The position numbers were made by a program, and so were the translations under genes. A model generated the notes under the pieces. It did no database searches. It had not been told where the DNA came from and saw only the letters and a list, made by a program, of their open reading frames with translations. 62,264 nucleotides of DNA from Phoronis australis (taxonomy: Eukaryota > Animalia > Phoronida): assembly GCA_002633005.1 (NCBI GenBank), contig NMRA01000944.1:1-62264 (forward strand), written 5' to 3'. Positions 49,500-62,264 of the stretch are shown in pieces (the first letter of the stretch is position 1; each line of letters starts with the position of its first letter).

Positions 49500-52400
49500 C
49501 AATACTTGTGAATTACTTTTTCCAAAAGTATCTCAAGAATAACATTTCTTTTGAATATCGTTACTTGGGATTGTTTGTAGGGAATTCGCACAGGTCGAAG
49601 GGATTGTCGGGGCTACGAGTTGTGATGATCACGTACATTTCAAATGTGGGTACTCAAAGCACTCGCAGTCATAAACAAAGTTTTCAGCGTTTTTAGAGCT
49701 CACACTTAATTCGTGAATCGTTATAGGTACCTCTCAAATGAGCAACAATTCACCTATATAAGAATATCCCGTCTCCCGTTTTCCCGCACTTACCGAGCAT
49801 TCCTTCGGAGTTTCCTAAAAAACATTCCGTTTTTATTTACAAAGTTGTTGGTTTCTGATTTAGATGTTTATAAATCTACGAAACTTAACAGCTTCATAGA
49901 ATAGTTTTGACAGTTAGAAGCTAATCTTCTAAGAATTTTTGATGTTTCAGGGAACTTACTTAGAACTTGAATTTGGTAAACTCTATAATTTGATATCTAG
50001 ATTGTATAAAAATAATATAAATTTCGATAATTTTCCTTATCTAAAACAACTCAAGGACGTTGATGACTTTCGGACAGTTCCCAAAATATTCTCACACTAC
50101 AAATGACAACAAACGTATTGCTTTTTGACGTGGGTACAAGGTGTTTCGTTTAAAGTCACAAGCAGAAAATCAACGATTGACACAGTCCTTAAATCAAAAA
50201 AATGCATTGTTTATGGAATCGATTTTTGTTTTCTGATTTACGTATTTATGTATCTACGTAAATCAAATGATTGAGAGATGATTTTTGACAATTCGAAGCT
50301 GATCTTGTAAGAAATTACGATGCATCAGTGAACTTAACTGCAGGCTGACATTGGGAAACTCGATCTATCATCAGATCCCCAAACATCAAAGTATTCAAAC
50401 AATTCACCTCAAAATTCAACTGATAATAAATTGTTTACTGACTTAGGAGCCGGATTAGTGGTTTAAATTCACAAACCGTAGGTTGAAAAGGGAGTTTTTA
50501 AATGTCTTTAAGTAAGCAAATTTAAATCCATTGCTCATTAGCTTGATGTTGTTAGTTTCCAATAGTATAGCACAATGGATTTCTGTTCTCCAAAACTGAA
50601 GCGTTTGCTTGCATTTCCCGTACAAACTACACAGATGGTGCAGGTGAGGACTGAGGTGCCTACGCTTAAAATTAGGTGCAACCATGCAGTAGGCCCGAGC
50701 AGAATATTTTTGATCCCACAAACTTAATTGGAACTCCAGGCGTTGAAGTGTTTGTATTTTTGGTACACAATGTGTATCATAATCTCCAGCCACAAGAAAC
50801 TGGACTACCGCACATGGTTCAACAAGGGATTTTGAAACAATCCCGAAGGCACTACACCAGGTACATCACTTTTCAAAAAAAATCCTTTAAAGAATGACCA
50901 TAATAAAATAAACTTTCCTTGAAACTGAATCACAATAAAACAAATATTGACCTCAGAGCCAGCGCAGACGGATAGGCTCTAGGTACGAGCTAAGCTGTCC
51001 GTCTGAAGTGAATCATAGCTGAGCTGACAAGCGGCCAAATTAGTTCATCGAATTTTAGCATTTTCACACTATTAGATCATAGCTACGGTTATTTGAAGCA
51101 ACGCCCAATTACCCGTCAGTGCGCTGGCCCTCTGTCCTTTCTTTAACTCTTTGTGAAACCTTGTTGGTTCACGGTTTCTCAAATCCTGATGGCTGCATTC
51201 TCGGGACTGCACCCCCACCTATGGCGGACGTGGGGTGTTCGGTTCAAACATGACGGCATCCAGAGAATGGATGAGGGGCGGTTAGAGGGCGGAGGTGGTG
51301 GTGATAGGAAAGGGGTAGTTTGGCTAAGTAAAATTGGTTTGTGACCCCCTTCCAATAATTCTTACCTCCTACGGGCCTATGTTACATGTATATGTAGTCA
51401 AAGTATGAAAACAGGGATACATGCCTTTAATGTTAAACAATGTTTTGATACCGTCAATCCAACCATTTCTACTAACAATGTACTCCTATGGAATTTACTG
51501 CCATTATTTTAAAATCTTCGAAACTACTCCGTTTTGCAACTGGAATTGCATAAGAGCCAAACTATCAGAAAGCCCTTACCAGAAGCAAAATTTAATAATT
51601 TAATTCATAAGCAATTATCAGTGCTATCAAAATGCGAAAAGTAACATCGAGTAATAGTAACCAAAAAAGGAAAGAAACCAGAGAGGTTATATAAATAAAT
51701 AAAGTCACGTAGAACTTGCACGCTAATATCTTTTTCTGTAATTGCTTGGTCAAACTAGTTAGGGACACAACATATGGCGACGATGGGAGTATGAAGTAAC
51801 TTGCAATAATGATCAAAGCTTTTAAGAACGAGATTTATGTCGAACAAGATCCGCCTTAAATCACTAAATCGTGTCCAGTTAGTATCCGTGACGTGATGTT
51901 GGGCAAAAAACACTGCACGGTGCGGGCTATTTTTCCCCCAAGATACGTCATAAGAAAAGCCACCTATTTGCAAAGTTTTTTGTTTTCGCATTAACAATTT
52001 GCTAATGAATACACTTGCACTTTGTTTAGCGTAGATGATGTTTAAATGGCATTGTCGTTTAGTTGCTGCTATATATTATCATAGTTAGATTTTAAATATA
52101 TCTTTCAGCATCTTGGGAATTTTTTAATGATTCAAAAGATTTCTACCTTATCAAGGTAAACATTTTAATATATGGATCCCCCACGGTTACTGTGAAGAAT
52201 TTTCTCTTGTATTCATTTAAAATTATTCATGTTTATATATTAAATGGACGTTTGGTGCTGTTCGATATAAAGTAGTTCTTCAGTAAAAATTCAGGACGGA
52301 CTAACATTTATTAAAATGTGATAAACTTAATTACTATCTTTTCGGAATTTTAAGATAAAGGCTTTCTACTAAATAAGAATGAGCAAACATCTATTGTGTA

Positions 52401-53064
52401 GTTTCGAAACGTAATTTGGACACTAAATCATTACATAGATTGCAGTCTATGACATTTGGGTAAACATGGGACAATTGATCACATTATTACAATCGTTATG
52501 TTACTATTGAAGTAGACTTTGGAAAATAACGATATTAACATTCATAAGAAAGATACAAATGAGCACTTGCTCCATAGTTGCCAACATTCGAGAATGAAAA
52601 AAGACGCAAATGAGTTTAGTGAAAAGCGTGATTTCCGGATCTGGGTCTACAATGTATGTCAAAACCCTAATATGAAATGTTTGCCGCAACACACAACAAC
52701 GTCACTTCAGTTTTTTCGTCGAACTCGAGATGTTATACCCAAATGCGATTGACAGTGATTTTTTATTTGTGTAAATCGAATGTACAATTGCAGGAGCATT
52801 AAAAACTCATGTAACGACCCGTTTTATTTTTAGTTGAGCGTGAAATAGTGCTGTGTCGCGTGGGAAATTATAGTACCATATGATGATATATTATTGTCGC
52901 TGTTGGTCAAAAAGCAGGACATTTTGTTGGTGAGGAGAGATGGGGAGAAAAAGTTCAAAAAGTAGGGTTGTCCTCCAAGTGCGGCACAATAGGATAATAG
53001 AATGTTAAGACAAAGTATTTGATTGGATTTTATACCCTATGCATTTTTTCATTTTTATATTAAC

Positions 53065-54110
53065 CCACAAGATATAGGATACACTCCATGATTTGAACTC
53101 TTTACTTGCCAATATAGGGCCATCTACTAGATAACAAATGATATATCCGATACATTAGATATATAAATTTCCTATACTGGCCTCTAGATCCGCACACGCA
53201 AGGCCTTCCCTTTATTAAAGACCAATATATCGGTTAAATTCCATTCTGATCTCTTAACTTGGCACTAGGTTCGCAAATGCAACACCGTCTCTTTATTAAA
53301 TCACGATATTTCGGATACATTCCATATTCCGATCTCCTAACTTGCGACTAGGGTTGCCAATTCTACTAAATAATTCATGATATATTGACAACCTTAGGGG
53401 CCATTAGGCTCGAATGCGCAGTACCTCCCCATTATTGACTCACGACATATCGGATACAGGTATAATCTGGTTTCTTTACTTGCCATTAGGGTCGCCAATT
53501 CTAACTCATGATATATCGAATATATTCGATGCATCCCCCTCATTGCGCCCTAGGCTCGCATACAAGACCTTCGTCTTATAAACTCACGATCTTCCGGATA
53601 CATTCCATAGCTCTGAACTCTATACATGCATCCAGGGTCACCTATTCTACCAAATAACATGGTATATCGTATACATTGCCCTTATTAGCCGCTAGGCTCG
53701 CACCTTAAACCTCCCATTATTAAGTAAAGTATACGAGATATGTTTTATGTTCTGAAATCTTTTTTGCCACTAGGATCGTCTACCATAGATTCTACCAATT
53801 AACTGATGACCGGATACATTCGATGCACTGAGTCCCTTATTGGCCGCTAGGTTCGCACATACAAGACCTCCTTTTCACTTACCCACGATATATCGGATAT
53901 AGTCCATAATTCTTTCTCTTAACTAATTTCATTGCCACTAGGGGAGCTAATTCTACCAAGTAACTCATGATATATCAGATACGGATGCATTGATTCCCTT
54001 ATTGCCCCTAGAGCTCGCATGCAAGACCTTTATCATAAACCAAAGGTATTGATGTTGGATAGTTCGAAGTTTTTTTCTATTTACTTGCCACTAGGGTCGT
54101 CTACCAGAAA
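53065..54110 (+). repeat. Diverged satellite-like tandem array with a ~140-155-bp unit made of two related halves; detached partial unit at ~54870-54955
   Basis: Recurring cacgatat.tcggatacattcca..acttgccactagggtcgc..attcta..catgatatat..taggctcgca..agacct; units start near 53302, 53441, 53585 and 53884. Confidence 0.85.
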
Positions 54111-55361
54111 CAAAAATACGTCAGACACATCTATTTTCCTTCGTTCCCCCAAATCCCTCCCTCNCCTCCCTACCTCCTTGCCTCCCGCCCTCTCTCTCTC
54201 TCTCTCACCCTACTAGGCGCTTTGTCGGTGGCATGCAATAACAAAAGGACTAACCCCTCCATATTAATTAAGACGCTTATTGATTAGATATAATTAACTC
54301 TTCTCATTTATCATATTATTTCGCAGGAGGATAAATTTCAACCCAAGGCACAAGGCAATAAATTTTCGCATTCACAGTTGTTAGTGAAGAAGTTGAATTA
54401 AGTTTTGCTTTCATTTACTTAAGGGCAAACTGCAGTTTCCAAACTACTGACTAGTTAGAAATACCGGTACATGTCGCATGGACGTAAAGATTTAGTTATC
54501 GTCGGCAATTTCGCAACTAAGTATACTAAATAACTGGTAAAATTTAAATAACGGACAATCAGTAATTTCTGTATAATAATGTGTGGGTTAACTTATGCAA
54601 AATAACAGGCAAAACCCAGGTTTTGTAACTTTTACTAAATAAAGGGAGACCAAAAAGGCACAATAAAGTTTAGAAATACAACATATTATCACCTTCATTA
54701 GGGCAGATTGTCACCCACCTGTACAGTTCAACATGTTTATAACTTTTGTAATTACTGATATCTGTAGTAGTTTAGTTTGTCGTAATAGATATGACATTTT
54801 ATCTCAACTACACGTGTTGTTTCAATGTAAACTACCTTCGGTATCGCTTCGCAGTTAGCGCATATAAATCATTATACATCGGATACATTCCATTCTGATC
54901 TACTAACTTGCCACAAGGTTTGCACATGCAAGACTTCCGCATTATTAAATCAGATACATGTGCTTGAACACAAGGCACTTTTCATTGTTGACGGTCTTTA
55001 TTCCGTTACATTCATGTATTCGGAAAAAACAACTGAACATATAGATAAAGTAACTTACCTAGCGACATAACTAAAAGGCGCAGGATATTTCGAAACATAT
55101 TTGTTTTATTCTCCAGTACCGAATTGACTTCTTTTCCACGATTTCTTCACGGGTGATTTTAAGTTCATGACATTGCAAAAATAATCTTGGATGGCACCAT
55201 GTCGAACATGCAAAGTTAACAGACAGGAAAGGCTGCAAACCGTTTGACCAATGTAACATCGTTTGATGTTATTCAGTACGCTACGTAATCCCTATTTAGT
55301 TTCTGCTTTCGATCAGTTGAACTCTACAAACAGGACTTATTCAACGTTATCTTTTTATAAC

Positions 55362-55675
55362 TAGTGGCGGACTTAGGGGGGACAAGAGGGCCATGCCCCC
55401 CCTAAAATTCTACCAGATACCATTTGGCAGTTTAGCAGTTCGGGTGCGAAGTGCTGAATAGCACGTGCGCGCAACCAGGGGGGATCGGGGGTGAATGAAC
55501 AACGCATAGGCCCTGATCAAACACCGTTTACCGTTTTTTTAGTCAAAAGGTCCGCAAACCCAAAAATTCGAGACCCCTGCATCCCTACATTTTAGGCTGG
55601 GCGCGCGCATCTGCCGAAGTTGTGGTTATTCCTGTGCCCTGCCCCCCCAAACTCAAAATCCTGGATCCGCCCCTG
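55362..55675 (-). mobile_element. hAT-like MITE, long variant, copy E, with a perfect 5-bp TSD
   Basis: ATAAC|TAGTGGCGGACTTAGG...CTGGATCCGCCCCTG|ATAAC. Confidence 0.85.
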
Positions 55676-55879
55676 ATAACATCCTAGTGATAAACGGTGC
55701 CACGCCACATGCTGCGAAATAACGTCAGCAGCCACGTGCTCTCCAATTTGATGTTGTGGGTTACCGACATCTTACACGTATGACCTTGACCTTGGATCAA
55801 GGTGCCTCTCTAACAGGTCTAATTAAAACTATTACGTGATGAGGTATGACGTCATTGACACTTCCGTCCGGTATGCGGA

Positions 55880-57470
55880 TTTTTTTATAAATAATACATT
55901 TATTAACCCAGGAAGTATATCAGTACTAGACACGAGTTGGGCGGCCCCAGCTTCATATATATATACAACTTAACCTAATACATGTACCACAAATAAGTAT
56001 CGAGAAAATAACTAATAAAATTATGATTGGATGGATAATTAGTAGATCATTATAAAAAGGGAGGGAAAAGGGGTGAGGAGGGGAGGGGAGGGGGACGGGG
56101 AGGGGGGAGACTTTCATACACACATTCACACTTATATTCGCTCGGTTTAATTAATTTAATATATGTTGAATTGCATAGGTGTATGTTTATGAAAACGTCA
56201 GATTTCTTATAAAACAAAAATAGAAGTGATTATACAAGTAATACCGTATATTGTTTGAATCATTTTTAAGAGATGCCTGCAAAACCCTCCACCTTTCAGA
56301 AGTTTTATCGGAGGCGTTAAACACAATAAGATTCACTGCGTCAAAAAGTATAAATTTTGACTTATTAAGACAAGGTTGAGACCCATCTCTCGAGGATGTA
56401 TAAATATATTGTTGAGTATGAGTGTATGGTATTGAACATTTCGCTTTGAATGCCAATGAAGTAAACTAAAAAGTGGTATATGGATGCTTCAGCGTGTAAG
56501 TTAAAGACTTAGTTATGAAATGATATTAAAAATTCCAGAAACTTTTAACACATAAAAAGCTGTAAAAATTCTGGAAAGTCCGGACCTCGACACAGTAGGG
56601 TTATTGGCCAGTTTGTGAAAAAACAAATGTTTTCGACATCTTGTTTGTGTAAATTCTTTTGTGGATGAAAAGGTATTTAAACATTGTCTAATGAGGGTTT
56701 ATGGGCAGATTGAAAGGGAGATTATATATTTCTTTAATTTCGTCGCCTGTGTAATAATTGAGTAAATCGTATAATTATCTGGTTTCTCAGAAAAATTGTA
56801 TATAAATACGTTTTTAATCCGTGAATTGGAACTATTGGTCAATAAGAATCTTATGTTGTTACACGTAGCAATTCTTCTATTCGCCCCACCCAGAACTTTC
56901 GTCAAGTCGTTGTAATAGAAGAACAGAGTATGATAGACGTATCCTTCAAGTTATAATTTTTCTTAATGCTTTCCCATTTGAGAAGTTTGTTATGGCTATC
57001 TAAAAAATCATCACAAAATATTAGGTCTGTGTTGTAAAGATTTTGGTAAAATAATGATTTACGTTTAACAGTTTAGTTACAATTGTTCCATACCCCCTGT
57101 TCGGCTACTGTTACCTCATTACATATTTCAGGATAAGGAATATCCAAGGTTGTCAGAACCGCCTTGTAAATAGGCTTTATAATTTCGCATTTTAAGGTTT
57201 TCAGTTGAAAATTGGATGAAAAAATGAGGTCACCGCCTACACGGTAAAAAAGATACCTCGGATATATTCTCCAACTTGCCTTATCCTCCGTATTAAAACG
57301 CTTGACCCAATTTAACATTAATTTGATTTGATCAGTTCCATTTTCGGATATTTCAAACCTCCCTCTTGATATGGAAAATTTACCAGAGATTCTTTTATTT
57401 TGGAGGTATATTTAACCAGATAAATTCTATGATAAATTTATTGACTTCATTAATTCTTTCCGGTTGGTGG
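55880..57470 (-). mobile_element. Degraded L1/Tx1-clade LINE 3' portion with poly(A)
   Basis: Minus-strand INEVNKFIIEFIW, QEGGL, LNWVKRF..ASWR, EQGVWNN, LFYQNLY..DFLDS. TTTATT at 55899-55904 and a T-run at 55880-55886 correspond to AATAAA plus a tail. Confidence 0.85.
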
Positions 57471-58771
57471 ATGTTGTCCCTTCCGATTACATTTATGACA
57501 CGTGACCTTTGAAGTATGACCTTTGACCGAGGAGCCTCCCAAACCGGGCGCCAAAACACCTTACTATACTTCTCACTAGGCATCATTAACTTCATAATTT
57601 CACATGCAGACTAAATAATTCACCCCATTCCAGTTTAGGTCGAAAAAAATAGAACTTCTAGATTAATTTAGAGTTTAAAAGTTTATTTTTACAACTATCA
57701 TGAAGTCATTGAATATCAATACAGACGGTCTCTTGTAAATTAACCCTTTATGTAAAAGTATAGACATCTAACCCTTGTACTAACGTGAGGTTTGTATGTG
57801 GCATGAATGGTATTTTTTCTTATCCTTGCAAGATTTTCAACAATTCCAATCCAGGGGTATATATTCATAAGATTTTGTTGTCTTCTGTCCGTTCATGATC
57901 TTTTGTGAAATAGTCAGGTGATAATTATCAAGTGGCGCATTATATCTGGCGACGACGGCGACCTCCACGTGCTATAAAATACCAAGAACCGGTGGCCCCA
58001 ATAATGACGGATAAGCTCACCTCTTACCAGCGATTGAATGCTCACATCCCGTTTTTTCATCAAGTAAAAAATCTGCTGACACTGCGTCTGATCTGATGTT
58101 TTCAGGAGGGGAATCGTTGCTTGCTTAGGTTTGTTGTCACCAAGAAATTCTGTACCACGTAAGTCTTTTCACACAGTCTAACTACTACGCTTAGAATTAA
58201 ATGAAACCATTACCTGGGTGACAAATACGTAATGAATTTGATAGTAATCGCTGTGCTCGAGTTGATCCTGATGTCCTAGTGGTAACCTAGACCTAGACCT
58301 AGGTCTATCAATGTTGTGTCTGAACCTGAGTGGAACGCCATTGTGGTTGGATTGACCCTCTTTGTCCATAGATGGCCGGGGGTTGAATTTCTACTTGGCA
58401 ATTTTCAGAATTGAATTGCAGAACTATTCGTGGATTTTCATTGGTATAAGAAAAGCATCGTCTATCACCAGCGACTCTATATTCTACAACTAGTATATTC
58501 TACTAGTCAGCTAGTTTGTCCACTTAAACAAAAACCACTGGATGAGCTATGACAGCCACAGGCTGGATGCAAGCAAACCCGGACCCTGGAAGTGTTAGTA
58601 GAAAGAAACTTGTTGCGAGAAAAGCGAGATCATACAAAATCATGCGTCGGAGTTGGAGACAATCAAAATTGAAGTCGGTTATTCAATGAAGAAATCTGGT
58701 TCTCTAACTGCAGGACCCTGGGAGTGGTCACATCATTACAGAATAATATACAATGAATGTCACCTACTCAA

Positions 58772-58850
58772 AGCCAAAGGGGTATAGCCCAAGGGGTATA
58801 GCCAAAGGGGTATAGCCAAAGGGGTATAGCCAAAGGGGTATAGCCAAAGG
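58772..58850 (+). repeat. 14-bp minisatellite (AGCCAAAGGGGTAT) x5.6
   Basis: Directly visible, with one mismatch. Confidence 0.97.
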
Positions 58851-59234
58851 CAGAACGGTAGGAGCATTAACACAGATTGAGCAGGTTATATCTCAGCTGA
58901 CTGGGTGTTTTAGTTTTGTATTATCGGTAGTATGGTCACGATTGGGTAAGTACAGGGCTAGGGTCAGAGAAAGTTGATGAAAGTGCTTGCTTTTATCTTA
59001 GTACCCTTTCTTGAAATTTGAGTGTAGGAATAGGCCCTTGCAGACTCACTTTATTAGGAACACAATCCGTGAATTTACATGGCAAAGGGCCTAAAGATTG
59101 CTTCGAAAATCATCTATCCTCCTTCAATGTCGACTGTTATCAGGCTTCTTACATCAGTATTGACAAGTTCACACAGGAATTAAACGTAATTGGTCTGAAA
59201 ACAGCTAGACCAGTTTCAACTTTGAGGTACACTC

Positions 59235-59512
59235 ACACTTTTGCATGAACTTGTATTCTGTGGAAAGTATTTTATCAATGTTATCCTTGTACTGCTCAGA
59301 CTGGCATTTTGTATAATTGCCATGTTTTTACAGGATCATCGTAATGGGCCTCACCACTGCACCAGCAATAACAACACGGCTCAAGCAACAGTGACAACAT
59401 GATTAGAGTACTGAACCATGTGAAGAGGAATAGGCTGAAGTGGAAATTGATGTTCGGTCTCTTCACATGTAAGTGTGATTTGAATACAAGGCAATAAACA
59501 CTCTCGTTTCTT
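59235..59512 (-). pseudogene. Possible PHD-finger relic (transposon-associated)
   Basis: Frameshifted KRECLLPCIQ..FPL, CYCWC, TKCQ and YKFMQKC resemble the MRxHLxxC..PFP plus YCxC..CxxC..WxCxxC pattern. Confidence 0.3.
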
Positions 59513-59513
59513 G

Positions 59514-60895
59514 TTATTGGGGACAAATAAAACAACAAGAATAATAAATATTTTAAGTTCTATTGGGAATTTCAGGGTCACAGCTCTACAAATAAATATT
59601 TCACAGAAGGAACCAGATGGGTTCCTTAATTACAAGAGATAAAACACACATTTCGATACCCAAAGCGTAACTGAGTATCGGACACTAAGTGGCACAGGTT
59701 AGCATAGTACCATATGGGTACATAATACCAAATGGGTATTGGCCGATTGCCTACCAACTGGGTCGAGCAAAGCGGCAAATTCAATAACAAGTACCAAGTG
59801 GGTACAAACTGCCAAATGGGCAAATATCATATAAAATACCAAGTGGGTACACCAAACAGCCAACTGGGCTATAACAACCTGCAAAGCAGGTTCCGGCCAA
59901 GCTGAGTGAGCAGACCAGCCGGAGTGATAAAAAGAGATATTGTAAAAAAAGTGGTGTTGTGGCTCAGTACGTGCCAAGAGCTGTGACCGGGGTGGAGAGA
60001 AGCAAGCTGCAGTAATGGACGCTCAAGTACAGGTCTGGTCGCTAGCCAATGACGTCGGTTCTTGCCGGACGGTAACAAGCTCCGGGCTTGAAGAAGGTAC
60101 CAGCAGTGGCTGTAAAAGCAACAATAACCAACAGCAGATGTTGTTCGGCAAAAGGGATGGAGCGTGGTAAAGGTAAAAAACGGTTGACGTGAAATATTGT
60201 GGTGCCCCGGGTAGGGAGGGCGGGTGAGGTATAAACTTGTCTAAACAGGAAAACTTACGAGTGAATGTATTGTTGCTTGAGGCTGGGCCAACAGGAAGCT
60301 GGAGAGAAAGAACAAACAGCGCAACCATCGGACTTGGTAGGAACTAACCAGCAGTTGGATATAAAGCATGAAGGGCTCAATAATGGTATTTGCCCAAATA
60401 ATAGGATTTATGTCAGAGTGCCATAAATCTCATTATTGGGGACAAACAAAACAACAGGAATAATAAATATTTTAAGTTGTATTGGGAATTTCAGGGTCAC
60501 AGCTCTACAAATAAATATTTCACAGAAGGAACCAGATGGGTTCCTTACTTACAAGAGATAACACACACATTTCCGATACCCAATGTGTAACTGAGTATCG
60601 GATACTAAGTGGCACAGGTTAGCATAGTACCAAATGGGTACATAATACCAAATGGGTATTGGCCGATTGCCTACCAAATGGGTCGAGAAAAGCGGCAAAT
60701 TCAATAACAATTACCAATTGGGTACAAACTGCCAAATGGGCAAATATCATATAAAGTACCAAGTGGGTACACCAACCAGCCAACTGGGCTATAACAACCT
60801 GCAAAGCAGGTTCCGGACAAGCTGAGTGAGCAGACCAGCGGAGTGATAAAAAGAGATATTGTAAGGAAGGTGGTGTTGTGGCTCAGTATGTGCCA
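59514..60895 (+). repeat. Two ~463-bp direct repeats (59514-59976, 60433-60895) carrying arrays of (ta)ccaa.tggg(ta) motifs
   Basis: High identity by eye, offset 919 bp. Copy 1 contains a 12-bp inverted pair GGTCACAGCTCT (59576-59587) / AGAGCTGTGACC (59977-59988). Confidence 0.92.
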
Positions 60896-61744
60896 CATGG
60901 GCAGGGTTGTTCAGGGATGAACAATCCTGTCCACGGCCACAACTCACGTGGTGGCCGTGACCCTGGTAAGGGAGTGACAGGGTATGGTAGACAAAGGTGG
61001 TGACAAGCAATGAGAAAAGGACTAATACCAGTCCCGGATTTGACTCCATATTCAGTGAAGCTTGCCCCCCTATCCTCCGGGGTGCAGGCACGATGTTAGA
61101 CTTGGGGCACGGCACACGAGGACAGATTGGATACCTCACGGTGAGCAGTACCGCTCCCGTCAAGCTCGAAGCCCAGCCACACCCTGGTCGCCGAGAGAGC
61201 CGGAGTTGTGGTTGCTGCACATTACAGGCACCTCTACTGACCCCATACCACACTCACCTAGCAGACACTGCTATGCCTTAACTACAAGGGAAATTGCACC
61301 ACATAACGTTGCAAGCACAAACCTACCTGGAGGACATGTGGTGGTTCCCACCCGAGCATTGCATGGCACAGGACCACCCTACGCTCCCGGCCGGGCTTTC
61401 CCCGGGTCCAAGCCGTCCCCAAAGGTCAACTAACCCTCACTCATATCGCGGCAAATCCTGGCGAAATTCACCCGGTTTAGGGCACACTTTAGTACCCCAA
61501 GTTTAGTGTCCCCCCAATTATTACGAATCTAATACATCATGTACATGTATGAGCTAGGGTAGAGCAGCCGAAGAGAACTGACGTTCAGGTTCCTATGTGC
61601 GAAGGTGTTGGTATTGCGATGGAACAATTAACTTGCGTACCAGAAGAGGTAAGCGTTGTGACAATGGCTGGGGAGTGACCTCACACGGAAGCATGTGCCG
61701 TTAGGGAAGCTTGCTGTAAAATTGTACTGAGAACAGAAAGATTG

Positions 61745-61945
61745 ATTTTTTTATAAAACATTTCATTTAGTTTTTTTATATTTTCATTTGTGTGTTTTTT
61801 TACATATTTTATGTAAATTTTAAAATATTTAATTTATTTATTTTTAATATCATTTTACTTCTTTAAATATATATTTTATTTAGTTTTTATATTTGTTATT
61901 TAGTTTTTTTTTTGAATAGTTTGATTTGTTTTTATTTTTTTATAT
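61745..61945. repeat. AT/T-rich low-complexity tract
   Basis: Almost entirely T and A, with runs of T. Confidence 0.9.
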
Positions 61946-62264
61946 AAGTTAGAAAAGAAGTAATGGTGCAGGAAAGGTAAAGGACCATCAGCATGGGAGA
62001 TGTCATTTCATATAAAGATTATGAACAGATCTAAAATCATTATTCAAACGGTCTTATTTATTTGCTGATGCTGTAAAGATGAAAACTGACAGCTTGATAA
62101 AAATCATTAATTAAATCCATGTATCAAGCTATCTGCCACAGACAAACCTTCATACGGAAACTTGCATGTCTACTATATGTCTAAGAAAAGGAAAGGGACA
62201 AAATGTCACCAAGAAGACTCGGTCATTGAAAGATGAACTAAAGGAGGCACTCATGGACTCAGAT

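Noticed and set aside
57600-58200. Possible endonuclease/ORF1 relics of the minus-strand LINE (LVQGL..LQET)
   Set aside because: The motifs are too short and degenerate to support by eye.
60789-61506. Overlapping 154/123/94-aa ORFs
   Set aside because: A GC-richer stretch is open in several frames, with no recognisable motif (no RT or tyrosine-recombinase signature seen).
61960-62264. Purine-rich, coding-like sequence at the window end
   Set aside because: It contains stops, is truncated by the window edge and shows no identifiable domain.

Overview
This is AT-rich eukaryotic genomic DNA, most likely from a marine invertebrate (an inference from the repeat repertoire). I found no intact host protein-coding gene, rRNA, tRNA or CRISPR array, and nearly all ORFs in the track are fragments or antisense shadows of decayed mobile elements. 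Retroelements: two degraded Tx1/L1-clade LINEs (1-2649 +, ~55880-57470 -), a CR1/L2-type endonuclease fragment, and a BEL/Pao LTR element with both LTRs but RT/RNase H deleted (13561-17362 -). DNA transposons: a probable CACTA/EnSpm derivative bounded by AAAACTTAAGTTTT arrays with a spliced DUF4806-like gene relic (~18200-24070), two pseudogenised hAT transposases, a mini ISL2EU-like element (convergent THAP and SAP starts), and two Kolobok-like THAP relics. There are also several MITE families (one apparently with 5-bp TSDs, one a TTAA-flanked foldback built on TATATTAATATA), satellite-like arrays, and two N-flanked duplications that look like assembly artefacts. I see no strong evidence for a wholly new biological system. 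The best leads are unusual transposon architectures. All family calls come from motif recognition by eye, not database searches.
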